Part shown: in pieces, positions 61,689 to 64,000 of the stretch
Numbering within the stretch: position 1 is the first letter of the stretch
How the letters are laid out: the number at the start of each line of letters is the position of its first letter
From: an uncultured Candidatus Rokubacteria bacterium
GTDB taxonomy: Bacteria; Methylomirabilota; Methylomirabilia; Rokubacteriales; CSP1-6
Direction of reading: 5' to 3'
DNA: 64,000 bases
NCBI GenBank assembly: GCA_963762145.1
Contig: CAVXJS010000011.1
Coordinates: forward strand, 512,001-576,000
Program-made: the position numbers and the translations under genes
The notes under the pieces: generated by a model
What the model saw: only the letters and a program-made list of their open reading frames with translations
What the model was told of the DNA's origin: nothing
The model's database searches: none

Positions 61689-63090
61689 CTAGGAGCCTGG
61701 TCCCGTAGGTGGCGAGGCGGGTCCGAGTTCTCGTCTCGCGCGCGGGTGCAACACGTCGATCGCCCAGCGCACGTCCAGCCGCTCCCCGAACCACTGGGGG
61801 AGCCCCGTCCGCGGATGAAGGGTGAGCCCCTGCGCGGCGTTCTGCGCCCGGATGGCACTCGCCGGATCAGCCGGCACCGCCGCCGGCGTGGGGACCTCGG
61901 GCAGCGGCCGGCCATCCGGACGTCGGAACTGGAGCGAGCCGTCGGGTAGGCGCTCGAGATGGTAGCCCTCCTCGTGCACCGCCCGATGATGCCGGCGGCA
62001 GAGGAGCGCGAGGTTCGAGAGCTTCGTCGGCCCTCCGTGGGCCCAATGCCGCACGTGATGGCCCTCGGCGATCCGGACGTTACACCCCGGGAAGCGGCAG
62101 GTCTTGTCCCGATGCTGCAGCGCCCGCCGTAACGCCGGCGGGATCGTGCGCGTCCTGGCTCCAACTTCGACCACCCGCCCGTCCGCGTCGTGCCGCATCA
62201 CCACCCGGCTGGCGTCACACGCCAGCCGCTGCGACGTTTCCGCGGAAACGCGCGCTCCCTCCTCTAGCACGGACTGCCCCGGGGTGGCCGGGTCCGTCAG
62301 GACGGCCGCGTCCACGTGCACCACCACCTGGTACCGCTCCCCGGGCGCGCCCGGGTCGAGCGCGTGATGCAGCGCCGTCTCCGCCAACAGGGCCAAGGCG
62401 TCGGCCTGCTGCTGGGGGCGCGTCGGAACCTCGGTGGCGGGGTCCGTGGCCGGCTGAGCGGCTTCGATCAGCACGTCGGCGCTGGTACAGGGTCTCGCGG
62501 GCCGCGTCCAGCGCTCGCAGGAGGAGCGCGCCGACGTCCGGGGTCAGGCGCCCGCGGAGGACCACCGTGCCGTCCTCATCCTGGTGGACGTGAAGGGCCC
62601 GCCCGGCGTGCTGCCGCGTGGCCTCGCGCGCGTCGGCCTGTCCGTCGAAGCGGCGCCAGCCGCGGACGAGGCTCTCCACGTGGGCCGCCGTGCCGGCGCG
62701 CCCCACCGCGAGCAGCCGGGCTTCGGTCTCCGGGGTCGCGATGCGGGTCAGAGCACGGACCTTCGCATAGGAGAGCTCGCCCCGCGCCAGGGCCTCGGCC
62801 AGGGCGGGCAATGTCCCGAGGGCACGCGCGACCCGGACGCGCTCGCGGGCGGCGCCCAGGTCCAGGCTCACGCGCCACGCCAGCCACTCGGCGCAGGAGC
62901 GGAAGCCGTGCTGCCAGCCGCGGCGGGCGTCGAACTCGCGGAGGAGCGCGAGCAGACGCGCCGTGGCCGCCTCGAGGTGAGCGGAGAGCTCGGCGATCTG
63001 GTCACCCAGGCGATCCAGCTCGGCGAGGTGTGGCGGGTCGGGCTGCGCTGGCTGCAACGGGCCGGAAAGATCCGGCGGAAGTGGGAACAT
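61689..63090 (-). CDS. DUF222 (13E12/Rv1128c-like) HNH endonuclease, frameshift near 62475
   Basis: SCAEWLAWR, GELSYAKVRALTR, RRLACDA-like motif, RDKTCRFPGC, HHVRHW..GG.T.LSNL.LLCRRHH.VH. Confidence 0.88.
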
Positions 63091-63424
63091 GGTGAGTCTC
63101 CCTTCTTGCTGGGACGACTCTACACCCCGGATTCGGCGGGCCCGCCCCGCGCCGAGGAGCAGCGAGCGCGAGGCGCGGCATGATTCTTCGTCCGTCGCGG
63201 CCCGATCGCGCCTCACGCGGCGAGGGCGACCCGCTGGTTCCCTATTTCTCGGCAGCCCTCGAAGAACGGATCGCGTCACCCGGGGAACCTGTCAAGACCA
63301 AAGTGAGGCTTGACACCGATTCGATAGTTTGATAAATCTGGAAATACAGAATGAGACTGACAGGAGGGGAGGACGGGATGAGTGATCCGACCGCAGGCCT
63401 GACGGTGAGCCGGAGGGCCACCCG

Positions 63425-63733
63425 ATGAAGGCCATCGCGCGCCCTCCCATGTCCCAGCTCCTGGCGAGCGACGAGCACGCCGAGGCGTTCAAGGCCCTGG
63501 CGCACCTCAGCCGCCTCGAGGTCTTCTTCTTCCTGGTCCGCGCGGGCAAGGAGATGTCGGTGGGCGAGATCCAGGCCGAGGTCGAGATCCCGGGCCCGAC
63601 GCTGTCCCACCACCTGGACCTGCTCCGGCGGGCCGGACTCGTCGAGAGCCGCAAGGAAGAGCGGTACATCTACTATTCCGTGAAGCGGGACGCGGTGACG
63701 ACGCTGGTGCGTCTGCTCACCGCGTGCTGCTAG
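63425..63733 (+). CDS. arsR: ArsR/SmtB repressor with C-terminal CC
   Basis: FKALAH..RL, TLSHHL..L..AGLV, ends LLTACC; TTGACA at 63310. Confidence 0.85.
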   Translation: MKAIARPPMSQLLASDEHAEAFKALAHLSRLEVFFFLVRAGKEMSVGEIQAEVEIPGPTLSHHLDLLRRAGLVESRKEERYIYYSVKRDAVTTLVRLLTACC

Positions 63734-63744
63734 AGGAGGATCCC

Positions 63745-64000
63745 ATGAGCGCCAAAGTGCATCTGCACTGCACGTGTCGGACCTGGCCAAGAGCCGGGAG
63801 TTCTACGAGAAGTTCCTCGGGACCGGGCCGGTCAAGGTGAAGGCAGGGCTACGTGAAGTTCCTGCCCGAATGGGCTCCGGTCAACCTGGCCCTGTCCGGC
63901 GGCGGGGCGGCCGGCGCGGGCACGATCGATCACGTCGGCGTCCAGGTGGACGCGGTGCCCACGGTGGTGGCCGAGCTCGCGCGCGTCAAGGCGGCGGGGC
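63745..64000 (+). CDS. ArsI/CadI family VOC protein (partial, frameshifted)
   Basis: KVHLH..VSDL..S.EFY, YVKF...VNLAL, DHVGVQV. Confidence 0.78.

Noticed and set aside
133-63790. Many long overlapping or antisense ORFs rich in R, A, G and P
   Set aside because: Shadow ORFs typical of high-GC DNA, with no family motifs and overlapping well-supported genes
1-64000. tRNA, rRNA or known riboswitch
   Set aside because: No recognisable signature in the intergenic regions; an Rfam scan would be needed to exclude divergent RNAs

Overview
High-GC (roughly 70% by eye) bacterial chromosomal segment. Gene style and content suggest Candidatus Rokubacteria/Methylomirabilota (inference only). It holds about 55 genes: housekeeping (nrdR, tsaB, rimI, meaB, htpG, yaeQ), transport, two-component signalling, an encapsulin with a ferritin-like cargo, copA, arsR plus arsI/cadI, and a DUF222-HNH gene. 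Several genes carry clustered 1-bp frameshifts that look like long-read errors. I saw no rRNA, tRNA, CRISPR array or transposase. Four signals are not shown by the ORF track. (1) A Tat-exported CopG/DUF411 copper protein has an in-frame UGA in place of the first Cys of its CxCC motif, followed by a SECIS-like hairpin, making it a candidate selenoprotein (50683-51150). (2) A complete micro-gene (promoter, SD, ORF, hairpins) encodes MAKKKAAKKKKKK (1185-1226, minus strand). (3) A 17-bp near-palindromic motif occurs six times at gene boundaries between 12.7 and 30.8 kb, around a FixJ-type two-component system. (4) A perfect parS-like palindrome written in rare codons lies inside the DUF222-HNH gene.
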